From Candidatus Zixiibacteriota bacterium (GTDB lineage Bacteria > Zixibacteria > MSB-5A5 > WJJR01): DNA of 51,340 nt. The notes under the pieces are model-generated. The model was given only the letters and a program-made list of their open reading frames with translations, had not been told where the DNA came from and did not search any database. Both the position numbers and the translations under genes were made by a program. Shown here in pieces: positions 1 to 8,960 of the stretch. Position 1 is the first letter of the stretch, and each line of letters opens with the position of its first letter. The stretch spans positions 1 to 51,340 of the forward strand of contig JACQFV010000067.1 in assembly GCA_016199865.1 (NCBI GenBank), read 5' to 3'.

Positions 1-1
1 C

Positions 2-691
2 GGCGCCCCCTTCATCAAGAAATTCCGCGAAGAGCGCGAACTGTTGGTGATGCTGCTCGTCGATCTGTCGGCCTCGGGGCATTTCGGCACCGTGAACCGC
101 GCCAAGAATCAGGTGGCCGCCGAGGCGGCGGCGATTCTCGCCTTCTCGGCGATCAAGAACAACGACAAAGTTGGGATGATCGTCTTCACCGACCAGATCG
201 AGCTCTTCATACCGCCCAAGAAGGGGCGCTCGCACGTGCTGCGGCTGATCCGCGAGATTCTGTATTTCGAGCCGAAGGGGCGGGGCACGAATATCACGCT
301 GGCCCTCGAGTTTCTCGGCAAGGTCGCCCGACGCAAGTCGGTGGCCTTCCTCATTTCCGATTTTTTCGACAAGGGCTATGAACGCAATCTGGCGGTGGCC
401 CACCGCCGCCACGACGTCATCGCCGTGCAGGTGACCGATCCACGCGAACGCTTGTGGGTCGACGTCGGCCTAATCGAGATGGAAGACTACGAAACCGGAC
501 GGCGGATGGTGATCGATACCTCAAACCCCCGCGCCCGATCGTCGTTCGAACGTACCGTCACCCTGACGGAACAACGGCGCAAACGATTCTTCGATTCGAT
601 CAGTCTGGACACGGTGACGGTCTCGACGGAACGCCCGATCGCCGACGGGCTGATTCGTTTTTTCCGCCAACGCGAGAGGCGGCGGCGATGA
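2..691 (+). CDS. DUF58 (vWA-like) protein of MoxR/Bat operon; 5' end lies outside the window
   Basis: The reading frame is open from nt 2 into the listed 44..691 ORF. 'ELLVMLLVDLSASGHFG', 'KVGMIVFTD' and 'VAFLISDFF' are typical of DUF58 proteins. Bat vWA genes follow. Confidence 0.85.
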   Translation, partial: GAPFIKKFREERELLVMLLVDLSASGHFGTVNRAKNQVAAEAAAILAFSAIKNNDKVGMIVFTDQIELFIPPKKGRSHVLRLIREILYFEPKGRGTNITLALEFLGKVARRKSVAFLISDFFDKGYERNLAVAHRRHDVIAVQVTDPRERLWVDVGLIEMEDYETGRRMVIDTSNPRARSSFERTVTLTEQRRKRFFDSISLDTVTVSTERPIADGLIRFFRQRERRRR

Positions 692-720
692 ATGACGTCT
701 CATACAACTGGCCGGACCCG

Positions 721-745
721 GGCAAGGGGCCTTCGGCCCCTTGCC
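721..745. other. GC-rich stem-loop between DUF58 gene and tatA (11-bp stem, 3-nt loop, no U-tract)
   Basis: ggcaaggggcc-ttc-ggccccttgcc is a perfect inverted repeat. Its function (attenuator or mRNA stabiliser) is unknown. Confidence 0.3.
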
Positions 746-797
746 GAGATAACTGGAGCGAACGTTTGCCAGTCAACCCTTTGACAAGGACAAAGCC

Positions 798-995
798 ATG
801 ATCGGTACATCCGAATGGTTGGTGATTGCGGTCGTCGGGGTGATACTTCTCTTCGGCGCCAAGAAGATTCCCGAACTGGCGCGCGGCCTGGGCCGCAGTG
901 TCAGCGAATTCAAGAAGGGTGTGCGCGAAGGCGAGGAACCCGAGGATAAATCCGGCGGCGCTCCGGCTGACAAACCCAAAGATGGCAAGTCGTAG
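798..995 (+). CDS. tatA: Twin-arginine translocase subunit TatA/E
   Basis: 65 aa. An N-terminal TM helix '[35 protein letters not shown]' (the canonical TatA hinge/amphipathic helix) is followed by an acidic/Pro-rich tail. Confidence 0.9.
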   Translation: MIGTSEWLVIAVVGVILLFGAKKIPELARGLGRSVSEFKKGVREGEEPEDKSGGAPADKPKDGKS

Positions 996-2034
996 TCGAC
1001 GAATTGGGTTGTCATTGTCGCGGTTTGTGGCCGGGCTGGTTGCCTGTGCCGCTCTCACGCCTCTATTCGCTCTTGGCGCAGCGGCGGCAATCCCGCCCCC
1101 AGAAGTGACCATCTCCGCCGACCGTCAGTCGGCAACCGTTGGCGATCCGGTCAATTTCACCTTGACCGTCCGGTACGATTCGAGTTTGAAATTCTCGGCC
1201 CCGCCCCGCCGTCACGACTTGGGGCAGTTCGAGGTGCTGGGCGACACGACTCTACCCGATGCCGGCGGCAAGGATGGCTTACATCGCTACCAGCGCCGTT
1301 GGCGCGTCGCCGGCTTTCAAACCGGCGATCTGTGGATCCCCGCCCTCTCGGGGATTCTGATCGGCCCGACTGGCGACACGCTCACCTGGCAATCCGATTC
1401 AATCGCGATTACGATCGCCAGCGTGCTGACCGGAGGCGACACCACTGACATCCACGGCCTCAAGGGGCCATACGTCGCGGGGGAATCGGCTTGGATTGTG
1501 TGGCTGATCGGCGCTGTCGTTCTCGCGGCGGCACTGGGTTTGTGGTGGTGGCGTCGTAGTCGCCGACGTCGCGCCTCCGCTCCGGCCGCACCGTCCATTC
1601 CCGCCTGGGAAGCGGCGCTACACGCGCTGCAGACCATGCGCTCCGAACTTGATCCGGGCGCCGATGGCGGACGGGTTTGGTACTTTCGCCTCTCGGAGAT
1701 TCTGCGCCGTTATTGGGATGGTCGCTACGGCTGGCAATCCATCGATCAAACTACGCACGAAATCATCGAGAAGCTGCCGTTGGCGCCCTTTGAGGGTTCA
1801 CACCGCGGCCGTGCCCGCGAATTTCTCGAGATCGCCGATCAGGTGCGCTATGCCCGCTTGGCGGCGCGGTCGGGACGCCCCGAAGTCGATTGGGACTGGG
1901 TCCGCGCCTTCGTTGCTGACACCACGCCTCGCGTCATCTCTACCGACGGTGGCAATGCTGCAGGTAGTACTCGGCCGGAAGCCGGCGACCAACGGGTGTC
2001 AACGGAACCGACCCCGGAGAGGGGAGTGCAATAG
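982..2034 (+). CDS. Membrane protein with a BatD-like N-terminal ectodomain, a central TM segment and a DUF4381-like C-terminal part
   Basis: I prefer the ATG at 982 (signal-like '[36 protein letters not shown]') over the listed 898 start. TM segment '[28 protein letters not shown]'. C-terminal '[26 protein letters not shown]' resembles DUF4381 of Bat operons. Confidence 0.7.
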   Translation: MASRSRRIGLSLSRFVAGLVACAALTPLFALGAAAAIPPPEVTISADRQSATVGDPVNFTLTVRYDSSLKFSAPPRRHDLGQFEVLGDTTLPDAGGKDGLHRYQRRWRVAGFQTGDLWIPALSGILIGPTGDTLTWQSDSIAITIASVLTGGDTTDIHGLKGPYVAGESAWIVWLIGAVVLAAALGLWWWRRSRRRRASAPAAPSIPAWEAALHALQTMRSELDPGADGGRVWYFRLSEILRRYWDGRYGWQSIDQTTHEIIEKLPLAPFEGSHRGRAREFLEIADQVRYARLAARSGRPEVDWDWVRAFVADTTPRVISTDGGNAAGSTRPEAGDQRVSTEPTPERGVQ

Positions 2035-2037
2035 AGG

Positions 2038-3030
2038 ATGTTCCTGCGCTTTGCCGATCCCTGGTTTCTGACCGCCGGTCTGATTGTTGCCGTATTGGCG
2101 TGGTGGATGATCCGCACCCGCGGTCGCCGTGGCGCGGTGGCCTTTTCCCATCTGCCCCTGATCGGGGATGCCCCGCCCACGTGGCGTGTCCGCTTCCGCT
2201 GGCTCCCCTCGGCCGCGCGGATGACCGCGCTCACTGCCCTGGCGCTCGCCATCGCCCGTCCTCAGACGGGAACCGCCTCGCGCGAAGTCACCTCCGAGGG
2301 GATCGACATTGTCCTGGCCCTTGATGTGTCCGGTTCGATGAAGGCGGAGGATTTTCAGCCCCACAACCGTCTCTATGTCGCCAAGCAGACGATCCGTGAG
2401 TTCATTCAGGGGCGCACCAATGACCGGATCGGGTTGGTCGTCTTCGCCGGCGAGTCGTTTACGCAGTGTCCCTTGACCACGGACTACAGCGTGCTGATCA
2501 GTTTTCTCGACAAGATCGATTTCGGCATCGTCGAGGACGGCACCGCCATCGGCGTCGGCTTGGCCAATGCGGTCAACCGCCTGCGGGAATCCCACGCGAA
2601 AAGCAAGATCGTCATCCTGCTGACCGACGGTGTCAACAACCGGGGCCAGATTGAGCCCTTGACCGCGGCCGAAATCGCCAAGACGCTCGGCATCAAAGTC
2701 TACACCATCGGCGCCGGCAAACCGGGGAACGCCATGTACCCCGTGGAAGACCCGGTGTTCGGCAAACGCTACGTCAGTCTGCCCAATGAGATCGACGAGC
2801 AGCTGCTTCAGCAGATGGCCGACATGACCGGGGGACGGTATTACCGCGCCCAATCGGCGCAAATGCTCGAACGGATCTACAAGGAGATTAGCACGCTCGA
2901 AAAGACCGAGGTGAAGGTCAAGGAGTACGTTCAATATCGGGAATTGTTCGGGTACTTGGGGGCACTGGCGCTGGCGCTGACCGTCGTCGGAGTCGGACTC
3001 GATGGAACCTGGTTTCGCACTTTGCCGTAA
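2038..3030 (+). CDS. batA: vWA-domain membrane protein, BatA-like
   Basis: N-terminal TM segment. MIDAS 'DIVLALDVSGSM', 'IGLVVFAGESF', 'IVILLTDGVNN', 'VYTIGAG', and a C-terminal TM segment. Confidence 0.9.
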   Translation: MFLRFADPWFLTAGLIVAVLAWWMIRTRGRRGAVAFSHLPLIGDAPPTWRVRFRWLPSAARMTALTALALAIARPQTGTASREVTSEGIDIVLALDVSGSMKAEDFQPHNRLYVAKQTIREFIQGRTNDRIGLVVFAGESFTQCPLTTDYSVLISFLDKIDFGIVEDGTAIGVGLANAVNRLRESHAKSKIVILLTDGVNNRGQIEPLTAAEIAKTLGIKVYTIGAGKPGNAMYPVEDPVFGKRYVSLPNEIDEQLLQQMADMTGGRYYRAQSAQMLERIYKEISTLEKTEVKVKEYVQYRELFGYLGALALALTVVGVGLDGTWFRTLP

Positions 3031-3051
3031 GATTGCGAGAGGAACGTAAGG

Positions 3052-4086
3052 GTGCGATTCGGCTCATCACAATGGTTGTGGGCCCTCTGGGCAATCCCCT
3101 TGATCGTGGGGTTTCTGGTCTGGGTGACCCGCCGCCGTTTGCGACTGGCGACACTCTTTGCCGAACCGTCGCTGTGGAGTCGGCTGGCAGGCCCTGACCC
3201 GGCGTGGCCGCGCCGTTGGCGCCCCGTCCTGTTGGTCATCGCGCTGGTCTTTCTGATCGTCGGGGTGGCCGCCCCGCGTTGGGGCGCGCGCGCCGTGATG
3301 CTCAAACGGCGCGGCCTGGACATTGTGGTGGCGCTGGACGTCTCCAAATCAATGCTGTCGGCCGACGTGAAGCCGAATCGTCTCACCTTTGCCAAGCGGG
3401 AGATTGCCTCGGTCTTGGACCGGCTGTCGGGAGATCGCGTCGGGCTGGTGGTTTTTGCCGGTGATGCCTTCGTGCAATGTCCGCTCACGCTCGATGCCTC
3501 GGCGGCGCGGCTGCTTCTCGATGCCGTCGACGTTGGTTCCGGCGGACGGCCCGGCACCGAGTTGGACGAAGCCATCAAGTCCTCAGCCGGGATGTTTGAC
3601 CAGAATGAACGTCAATTCAAGATTCTGATTCTCGTGACCGACGGCGAAGGGACGGAAGGCGAACCGCTGGACGCCGCCAAGTCCGCCGCTCAGGAGGGGG
3701 TCCGCATCTACACGGTCGGGATCGGCACACCGGCGGGAGAGCCGATTCCCGATTTCGACGAGCAGGGGCATCCCACCGGTTTCAAAAAGGACGAGAATGG
3801 GCAGGTTGTCCTGTCCAAACTCGACGAAATCACGTTGGAAAAAATCGCCCTGGCCGCGGACGGCCAGTACTACCGCGCCGGGCCGTCGCAGATGGAACTG
3901 GACGCTCTGTTCAAGGAACTGTCCACGCTGGAAAAAAAGGAACTCGAGGGACGGCTGTTCACCGAATTTGAGGAGCGATTCCAGTACTTTCTCGTGCCCG
4001 CCTTCGTGTTCATGACCTTGGAAATGGCCCTGCCCCTCGTTCGCCGCAAGGATGGCGATGCGGGGAAGAACGGACGGGAAGTATGA
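3052..4086 (+). CDS. batB: vWA-domain membrane protein, BatB-like
   Basis: GTG start. Two N-terminal TM segments, 'DIVVALDVSKSM', 'VGLVVFAGDAF', 'ILILVTDGEG', 'IYTVGIGT', and a C-terminal TM segment. Confidence 0.9.
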   Translation: MRFGSSQWLWALWAIPLIVGFLVWVTRRRLRLATLFAEPSLWSRLAGPDPAWPRRWRPVLLVIALVFLIVGVAAPRWGARAVMLKRRGLDIVVALDVSKSMLSADVKPNRLTFAKREIASVLDRLSGDRVGLVVFAGDAFVQCPLTLDASAARLLLDAVDVGSGGRPGTELDEAIKSSAGMFDQNERQFKILILVTDGEGTEGEPLDAAKSAAQEGVRIYTVGIGTPAGEPIPDFDEQGHPTGFKKDENGQVVLSKLDEITLEKIALAADGQYYRAGPSQMELDALFKELSTLEKKELEGRLFTEFEERFQYFLVPAFVFMTLEMALPLVRRKDGDAGKNGREV

Positions 4087-4928
4087 CGACGCGTTTAATC
4101 AATCGGCTCCGTAGGGTGGGCTCCGCCCACCTCTTGTTCTCCCGGGCCCTGTCAATGCCCATCCTGACACTCGCCTTCCTGGCCATCGTCCGTCCCGTCG
4201 TTCACGCCGATCAATTCGCCAAACACAACAACACCGCCAACGATCTGGCCCGGAAGGGCGACTACAACCAAGCCCTCGACGAATACCAGGCCGCGCGCGT
4301 GGAACGCCCCACGTCCCCCGAGGTCATCTACAACATCGGCAACGTCTATCACGAACGGGGAGATTACGACACCGCGGCGGTCGAGTATCAAAACGCCCTC
4401 AGCCACTTGTCCGGGCCGCTTCTGCCCGATGCCTATTACAATCTTGGCAACACGCTGTATCGCAAACGGGACATGCAAGCCGCCATCGCGGCGTACAAGC
4501 GCTCCTTGATCGAGAATCCCGGCGATTTGGACGCCAAACACAATCTCGAACTGGCAACGCGATTTCTGCAGATGAAGGATTCCAGCCAAAAGGATCAACC
4601 AAAACAGCAGGACAAGAATCATCCCGACTCCAGCCAGCAGAATCAACAAAACCAGAAGAAGCAATCGTCCGATTCGACGCAAAACCAACAGAACACGCAG
4701 CAGCAGGACAAGGATCAGCCGGAGAACGATTCGTCATCGGCGTCCAATCCCAAGGATCAACAGAAGGACCGTCCGGATCAGCAACATCAGAAGCCCCGGC
4801 CAATGAAAGGGATGACCAAGGAAGACGCTGCCCGCCTGTTGGACGCGCTCAAGAACGACGAACTGGCCTTGCAGCGCCGACGGGCGATGCGCATCGTCGA
4901 AAACGCGAAGGTCACTAAGGACTGGTAA
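4083..4928 (+). CDS. batC: TPR-repeat protein with Q/N/K-rich low-complexity tail, BatC-like
   Basis: ATGA overlap with batB. TPR motifs ('YNIGNVYHERGDYDTAAVEYQNAL', 'YYNLGNTLYRKRDMQAAIAAYKRSL'). Q/N-rich tract encoded at about 4560-4800. Confidence 0.8.
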   Translation: MTTRLINRLRRVGSAHLLFSRALSMPILTLAFLAIVRPVVHADQFAKHNNTANDLARKGDYNQALDEYQAARVERPTSPEVIYNIGNVYHERGDYDTAAVEYQNALSHLSGPLLPDAYYNLGNTLYRKRDMQAAIAAYKRSLIENPGDLDAKHNLELATRFLQMKDSSQKDQPKQQDKNHPDSSQQNQQNQKKQSSDSTQNQQNTQQQDKDQPENDSSSASNPKDQQKDRPDQQHQKPRPMKGMTKEDAARLLDALKNDELALQRRRAMRIVENAKVTKDW

Positions 4929-4981
4929 GGGCGCAAAGACCGACTATGCGAGTGAGAGGGACATTGATCGGAGACAACAAA

Positions 4982-5027
4982 CCCCTCACCCTCCCCTCTC
5001 CCCAGCGGGGAGAGGGCCGGGGTGAGG
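4982..5027. repeat. REP-like imperfect palindrome (ccctcaccc..ccctctcccc-agc-ggggagaggg..ggggtgaggg)
   Basis: Read directly from the sequence. A related element lies at 50822-50924. Confidence 0.8.
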
Positions 5028-5049
5028 GTGCTTTCGAATCACGCCGGAG

Positions 5050-6912
5050 ATGCGTTCCTCGATGAGAGACCCGCTGACCAATCGAATAATGACCGCTCGC
5101 GTTCTACTGGCCGTGGCGCTCGCGGCCAGTTTCCTATCGTCTCCCGTGCTGGCCACCACGCGCCTGAGTGCAGACGTCCAACCCAAGAAGATCGCCATCA
5201 ACGAGAACGCGACACTCCGGGTCGTCCTTGAAAGCGAAGGGAAATCGCTGCCGGAGCCGCAACTTCCGCCCATCACAGACTTCCAGGTCTTCAGTTCCGG
5301 GCGCAACCAGAGCATTACATTTGTCAACGGCCGCCTCAGTTCTTCGGTAACGCACACCTATGTCCTCTCGCCGCGCAGCGCCGGGAGATTCACGATTGGT
5401 CCGGTCCATGTCCAAATCGGCGGCGTGGGCTACGCGACACCGCCCATGATCCTCACCGTCTCCGGCACGGCGGGGCCGGTCCCGTCACTGGCGGCGCCTC
5501 CCGCCCCTGGCGGTCGCCAGGACGAACGGGCCGCGGCGCGTGGCAGTAAACGCCATGTCTTCATTACGGCCAGTCTCGATAAGGATACCGTGTATGTCAA
5601 CGAACCGGTGACCTACATCTTCCGCTTCTACAATGCCGAGCGGTTGCTCTCCAGCCCGGACTATTCCCGCCCGTCGTTCACCAATTTCTGGGTGGAGGAT
5701 CTCCCGCCGCAGCGCAAGTTCTCGACGGTCGTCGATGGCGTCGCCTACGACGTCACCGAGATTCGCACCGCCTTGTTTCCCACCGACGCCGGTGAAAAGA
5801 CCATTCCCGCCGCCGAGGTCAAGGCGACCGTGCGCAGTCTGCAACGTCCCAATCCCCAGGATCCGTTCAGCGTTTTCCAGGACCCCTTCTTCGGCGGCTT
5901 CGGACAGGGCGAGGATCTCCACTTGGCGACCGACGCGCTCCGGCTGACCGTGCGCCCCCTGCCGCCCGTGTCAGCGCCCCTCGAGGCCACCGGGCTGGTT
6001 GGGAAATTCAGCATAGCGGCCCACACCGACGTCCACAGCGTTAACGTCGGTGATCCGGTCACCGTGTCGGTCACCGTATCGGGCGAAGGGAACATCAAGT
6101 CGATTCCGTCGCCCCAGGTCGACACGATCCCCAGTGTCCGCAGTTTTGCCGGCGGCACCAGCGAAGACGTCGGCACCGCGGACTATCGTGTGCAGGGGAA
6201 GAAAACGTTCGATCAGGTGTTCGTGCCGCAGCGGCCCGGCAGGTTTGATGTGCCGTCATTCGCCCTGACCTATTTTGATCCGACCCGACGCGCCTACCAG
6301 ACCGCCCGCACCGATTCGATCCCGATCACCGTGACCGGCGCGGCCGCCGATTTCACCATCCCGTCGTTCAAACTCGCCCCCGGCCAAATCTCCGATCTGG
6401 CCGCCGATGTCCGTTTTCTCAAGACCGACTCTGACCACCTCCGGCGCGCGGAGGATGCCGGGCTCTTCGGGTCGGCCTTCTGGGCCGGGCATGTGTTCCC
6501 GCTTCTGGGACTCTCCGTTCTACTGGGCTGGCGCCGTCGGACGCTGAAGGAAGCCGCCGATCCGGTCGGTCGCAAGCGTCGTCGCGCCTATCGCGCCGCC
6601 GTGGCCCAACTTCAGACGGTGGTCTCAGCGCTGGCTGGGCCCTCCTCCGGTGGCGCCGTGGAGGCCGTGCATCATGCCCTCTTGAATTACTACACCGATC
6701 GGTTCAACTGCCCGGCACAGGGCCAGACGCGTGCCGAAATGCGCGCCACCCTCAAACTGGAGCGCATCGCACCGGCGGCGATGGCGCAGTACTTCGAGTT
6801 GTTGGACGATTGCGACCGGCGCCGTTATGCGCCGGGACAGGATGGCGCCGAGGCCGCCGAACTGGCAACGCGAGCGCGATCGGTTCTCGAGGCATTGGAA
6901 ACAGCGTCATGA
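5050..6912 (+). CDS. batD: BatD-like oxygen-tolerance protein
   Basis: Signal peptide ('MTARVLLAVALAASFLSSPVLA'; the true start may be 5062 or 5089). Repeated Ig-like segments ('TIGPVHVQIGG', 'YRVQGKKTFDQVFVPQRPGRFDVPSF'), a late TM segment, and operon position after batC. Confidence 0.8.
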   Translation: MRSSMRDPLTNRIMTARVLLAVALAASFLSSPVLATTRLSADVQPKKIAINENATLRVVLESEGKSLPEPQLPPITDFQVFSSGRNQSITFVNGRLSSSVTHTYVLSPRSAGRFTIGPVHVQIGGVGYATPPMILTVSGTAGPVPSLAAPPAPGGRQDERAAARGSKRHVFITASLDKDTVYVNEPVTYIFRFYNAERLLSSPDYSRPSFTNFWVEDLPPQRKFSTVVDGVAYDVTEIRTALFPTDAGEKTIPAAEVKATVRSLQRPNPQDPFSVFQDPFFGGFGQGEDLHLATDALRLTVRPLPPVSAPLEATGLVGKFSIAAHTDVHSVNVGDPVTVSVTVSGEGNIKSIPSPQVDTIPSVRSFAGGTSEDVGTADYRVQGKKTFDQVFVPQRPGRFDVPSFALTYFDPTRRAYQTARTDSIPITVTGAAADFTIPSFKLAPGQISDLAADVRFLKTDSDHLRRAEDAGLFGSAFWAGHVFPLLGLSVLLGWRRRTLKEAADPVGRKRRRAYRAAVAQLQTVVSALAGPSSGGAVEAVHHALLNYYTDRFNCPAQGQTRAEMRATLKLERIAPAAMAQYFELLDDCDRRRYAPGQDGAEAAELATRARSVLEALETAS

Positions 6913-7706
6913 AGAGGGGATTTCACGTCGGCTTGATACGATTTCGGCATTGGTCCCCGGTTTTCTTGGCGCTCATGTTCATGATAACGCCGCGGCCGGC
7001 ACACGCGCAGGAACCATCCCGCCTCTTTGACGAATCGGTCTCCGCCTATCAGCGGGGGTTGTTTGATTCGGCCGCCTCGGGGTTTCTGCGGCTGGCCCAG
7101 GGCGGCATCGATGACCCCCGTGTCTGGTACAATCTCGGCAACGCACACTTCAAGTCAGGTCGAATCGGTTCCGCCCTGGTGTCCTATCGCCGCGGCCTCC
7201 GCTTGCAGCCGCGCGATGCCGATTTGCGGGCCAATTATCGCTACGTCCGGCTTTTCGCCGCCGACAAGATCGAGCCGGTCGGCGGATTTTTTCTGGAAAC
7301 GTGGTGGCGTGCCCTGGTGGACCGGATTGCCTTCCATGAAGCGCGCGCCCTGGCCGCGATGATCTTCTGGCTCGCCGTAGTTCTCACCGCTTGGCGCCTC
7401 TGGCCCGGTCCCATCCCAATCAGGCCGGTCGCGACTTGGGTGGTGACCCTCGCTTGGATCCTCTGGGTGGGCGCCACGGGGACAACCGCCACCTGCTATT
7501 TCCGCGATATCGGAAGTCGGGATGGCGCCGTGATCGCGCTCAAGACCGATGTCCGGGGCGGCCCGGGGGGGGAGTACGCACTGCAGTTTGTCGCCCACGA
7601 TGGCCTTGAAGGCACGGTCGAACGCTCCGAATCGGGTTGGTATCTCGCGCGCTTCCCCAATGGTCTCAAAGGGTGGATCGACGCCAGGGCATTCGAGATC
7701 ATCTAA
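6909..7706 (+). CDS. batE: TPR + C-terminal SH3-like domain protein, BatE-like
   Basis: ATG at 6909 overlaps the batD stop (ATGA). Signal peptide 'FLALMFMITPRPAHA', TPR 'VWYNLGNAHFKSGRIGSALVSYRRGL', TM helices, and C-terminal 'GWYLARFPNGLKGWIDARAFEII' (SH3b-like). Confidence 0.75.
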   Translation: MKRGFHVGLIRFRHWSPVFLALMFMITPRPAHAQEPSRLFDESVSAYQRGLFDSAASGFLRLAQGGIDDPRVWYNLGNAHFKSGRIGSALVSYRRGLRLQPRDADLRANYRYVRLFAADKIEPVGGFFLETWWRALVDRIAFHEARALAAMIFWLAVVLTAWRLWPGPIPIRPVATWVVTLAWILWVGATGTTATCYFRDIGSRDGAVIALKTDVRGGPGGEYALQFVAHDGLEGTVERSESGWYLARFPNGLKGWIDARAFEII

Positions 7707-7842
7707 GCCCGGAACACCGCGCGCGCCGCCATCCACAGTTTGCCTCATTTGAATCGCCGTTGACTGGTCCCCGGCGCCGGGCGATGTTCGTCCCGGTCGG
7801 CTGATGGTGGGATGTCAAGCGTCCCCATCCCGATCAGACGTG

Positions 7843-8937
7843 ATGCAGACACGTACCTGGCAGTGGATTCGCGTTTTGGCGCCGTTGGCGGCCGTGGGCC
7901 TATTGGTCTACATGTTCCGCGACACCGATCCGCGCGACATCTGGGCCGGCATCACTCACATGGACGCCCGCCAGTTGATCCCCGTGGTCATCGGCATGTT
8001 GGGCATGCCGGTGGCGAGGGCGCTGCGGCTCAAATACATCCTCGATCCCAAGCACCATGCGCCCGCGCGCCGTGTCTTCGCGGTCTACAATGTCGGCCAA
8101 TTCCTCAACGTCGCGCTGCCCGTCCTGACCGGGCAGGTGGCGCGCGTGATCTTGTTTTCGCGCACCTTGGGGGTCACCAAAGCGTTTGCGTTCGCGATGG
8201 TGGTGCTGGAGGTGCTATTCGACGGCCTGATTATGGTCGTCATGGTTTTTGCCACGTCGTTCTTGATCGTCATGCCGGGATGGATGGAAAGGGGAGAGGT
8301 GGTCATTCTGGTCGCCTGTCTCCTGCTCCTGGGTTTTTTCTATCTCATGCTGCACCGTCACACGGTTGCCGCCGGTCCGCGCGGTTGGCTGCGCCGCTAC
8401 CTTCCGGCCCGACTCGGACGCGAATGGGACAATCTGAAAGCGTCGTTCTTGGGCGGGCTGAACATGCTGCGCAGCACCCGGCACCTGTTGTTGGTGGTTC
8501 TCCTCTCCTGTGTTGCCTGGTTCTCGCATGCGCTCATCGTCCTATTCTTGCTGCGCGCCTTCGCCCTGGATGTGCCCTTTTGGGGCGCGGTGGTGATTCT
8601 GGTCGTGAACACCATCGTGATTATGGTCCCGATCAGCCCCGGCAACGTTGGCACATTCCAGCTCGCCTGTGTCGTCGGTCTCAAGTTCTTCGGTGTCGGC
8701 CGCGGCGAAGCCCTGAGTTTCTCCCTCTTGTTGCATCTGGTGGAGGTGGGGCCGGTTCTTGCCTTGGGGGCGCTCGCGGTGTTCTCCCAGCATGTCAGTC
8801 TCCGCGAGTATCGTGCCGCCGACCTGCGCAAGGAGCAGGAGCAATTGGCCACCCAAGCGCAGTCAATGGGGGCGCTGTACGACGGCGTGGTCGATGATGT
8901 GCCGCCGATTGCCCCGTCGGGCCATGATCCCCGGTGA
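7843..8937 (+). CDS. Flippase-like / lysylphosphatidylglycerol-synthase TM-region family (UPF0104) membrane protein
   Basis: About 8 predicted TM helices and 'VAWFSHALIVLFLLRAF..ISPGNVGTFQ' typical of the family. The listed 7804 start is possible; the ATG at 7843 is preferred. Confidence 0.7.
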   Translation: MQTRTWQWIRVLAPLAAVGLLVYMFRDTDPRDIWAGITHMDARQLIPVVIGMLGMPVARALRLKYILDPKHHAPARRVFAVYNVGQFLNVALPVLTGQVARVILFSRTLGVTKAFAFAMVVLEVLFDGLIMVVMVFATSFLIVMPGWMERGEVVILVACLLLLGFFYLMLHRHTVAAGPRGWLRRYLPARLGREWDNLKASFLGGLNMLRSTRHLLLVVLLSCVAWFSHALIVLFLLRAFALDVPFWGAVVILVVNTIVIMVPISPGNVGTFQLACVVGLKFFGVGRGEALSFSLLLHLVEVGPVLALGALAVFSQHVSLREYRAADLRKEQEQLATQAQSMGALYDGVVDDVPPIAPSGHDPR

Positions 8938-8960
8938 AACCACACACGTCGGAGTAAACA

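Noticed and set aside
898-981. The upstream start (898) listed for the DUF4381-like gene would overlap tatA by 98 nt.
   Set aside because: The extension is out of frame within tatA and Arg-rich. The ATG at 982 gives a proper signal-like N-terminus.
1999-2934. A 311-aa minus-strand ORF lies opposite batA. Similar antisense ORFs occur at 8397-9491, 21840-22739, 34163-35104, 35886-36698, 38251-38853 and 49164-49961.
   Set aside because: Each overlaps a plus-strand gene with unambiguous family motifs. The antisense products are compositionally biased and motif-free.
7812-8897. A 361-aa alternative-frame ORF overlaps the flippase-like gene.
   Set aside because: It is extremely Arg/Gly/Pro-rich, whereas the 7804/7843 frame gives regular TM helices.
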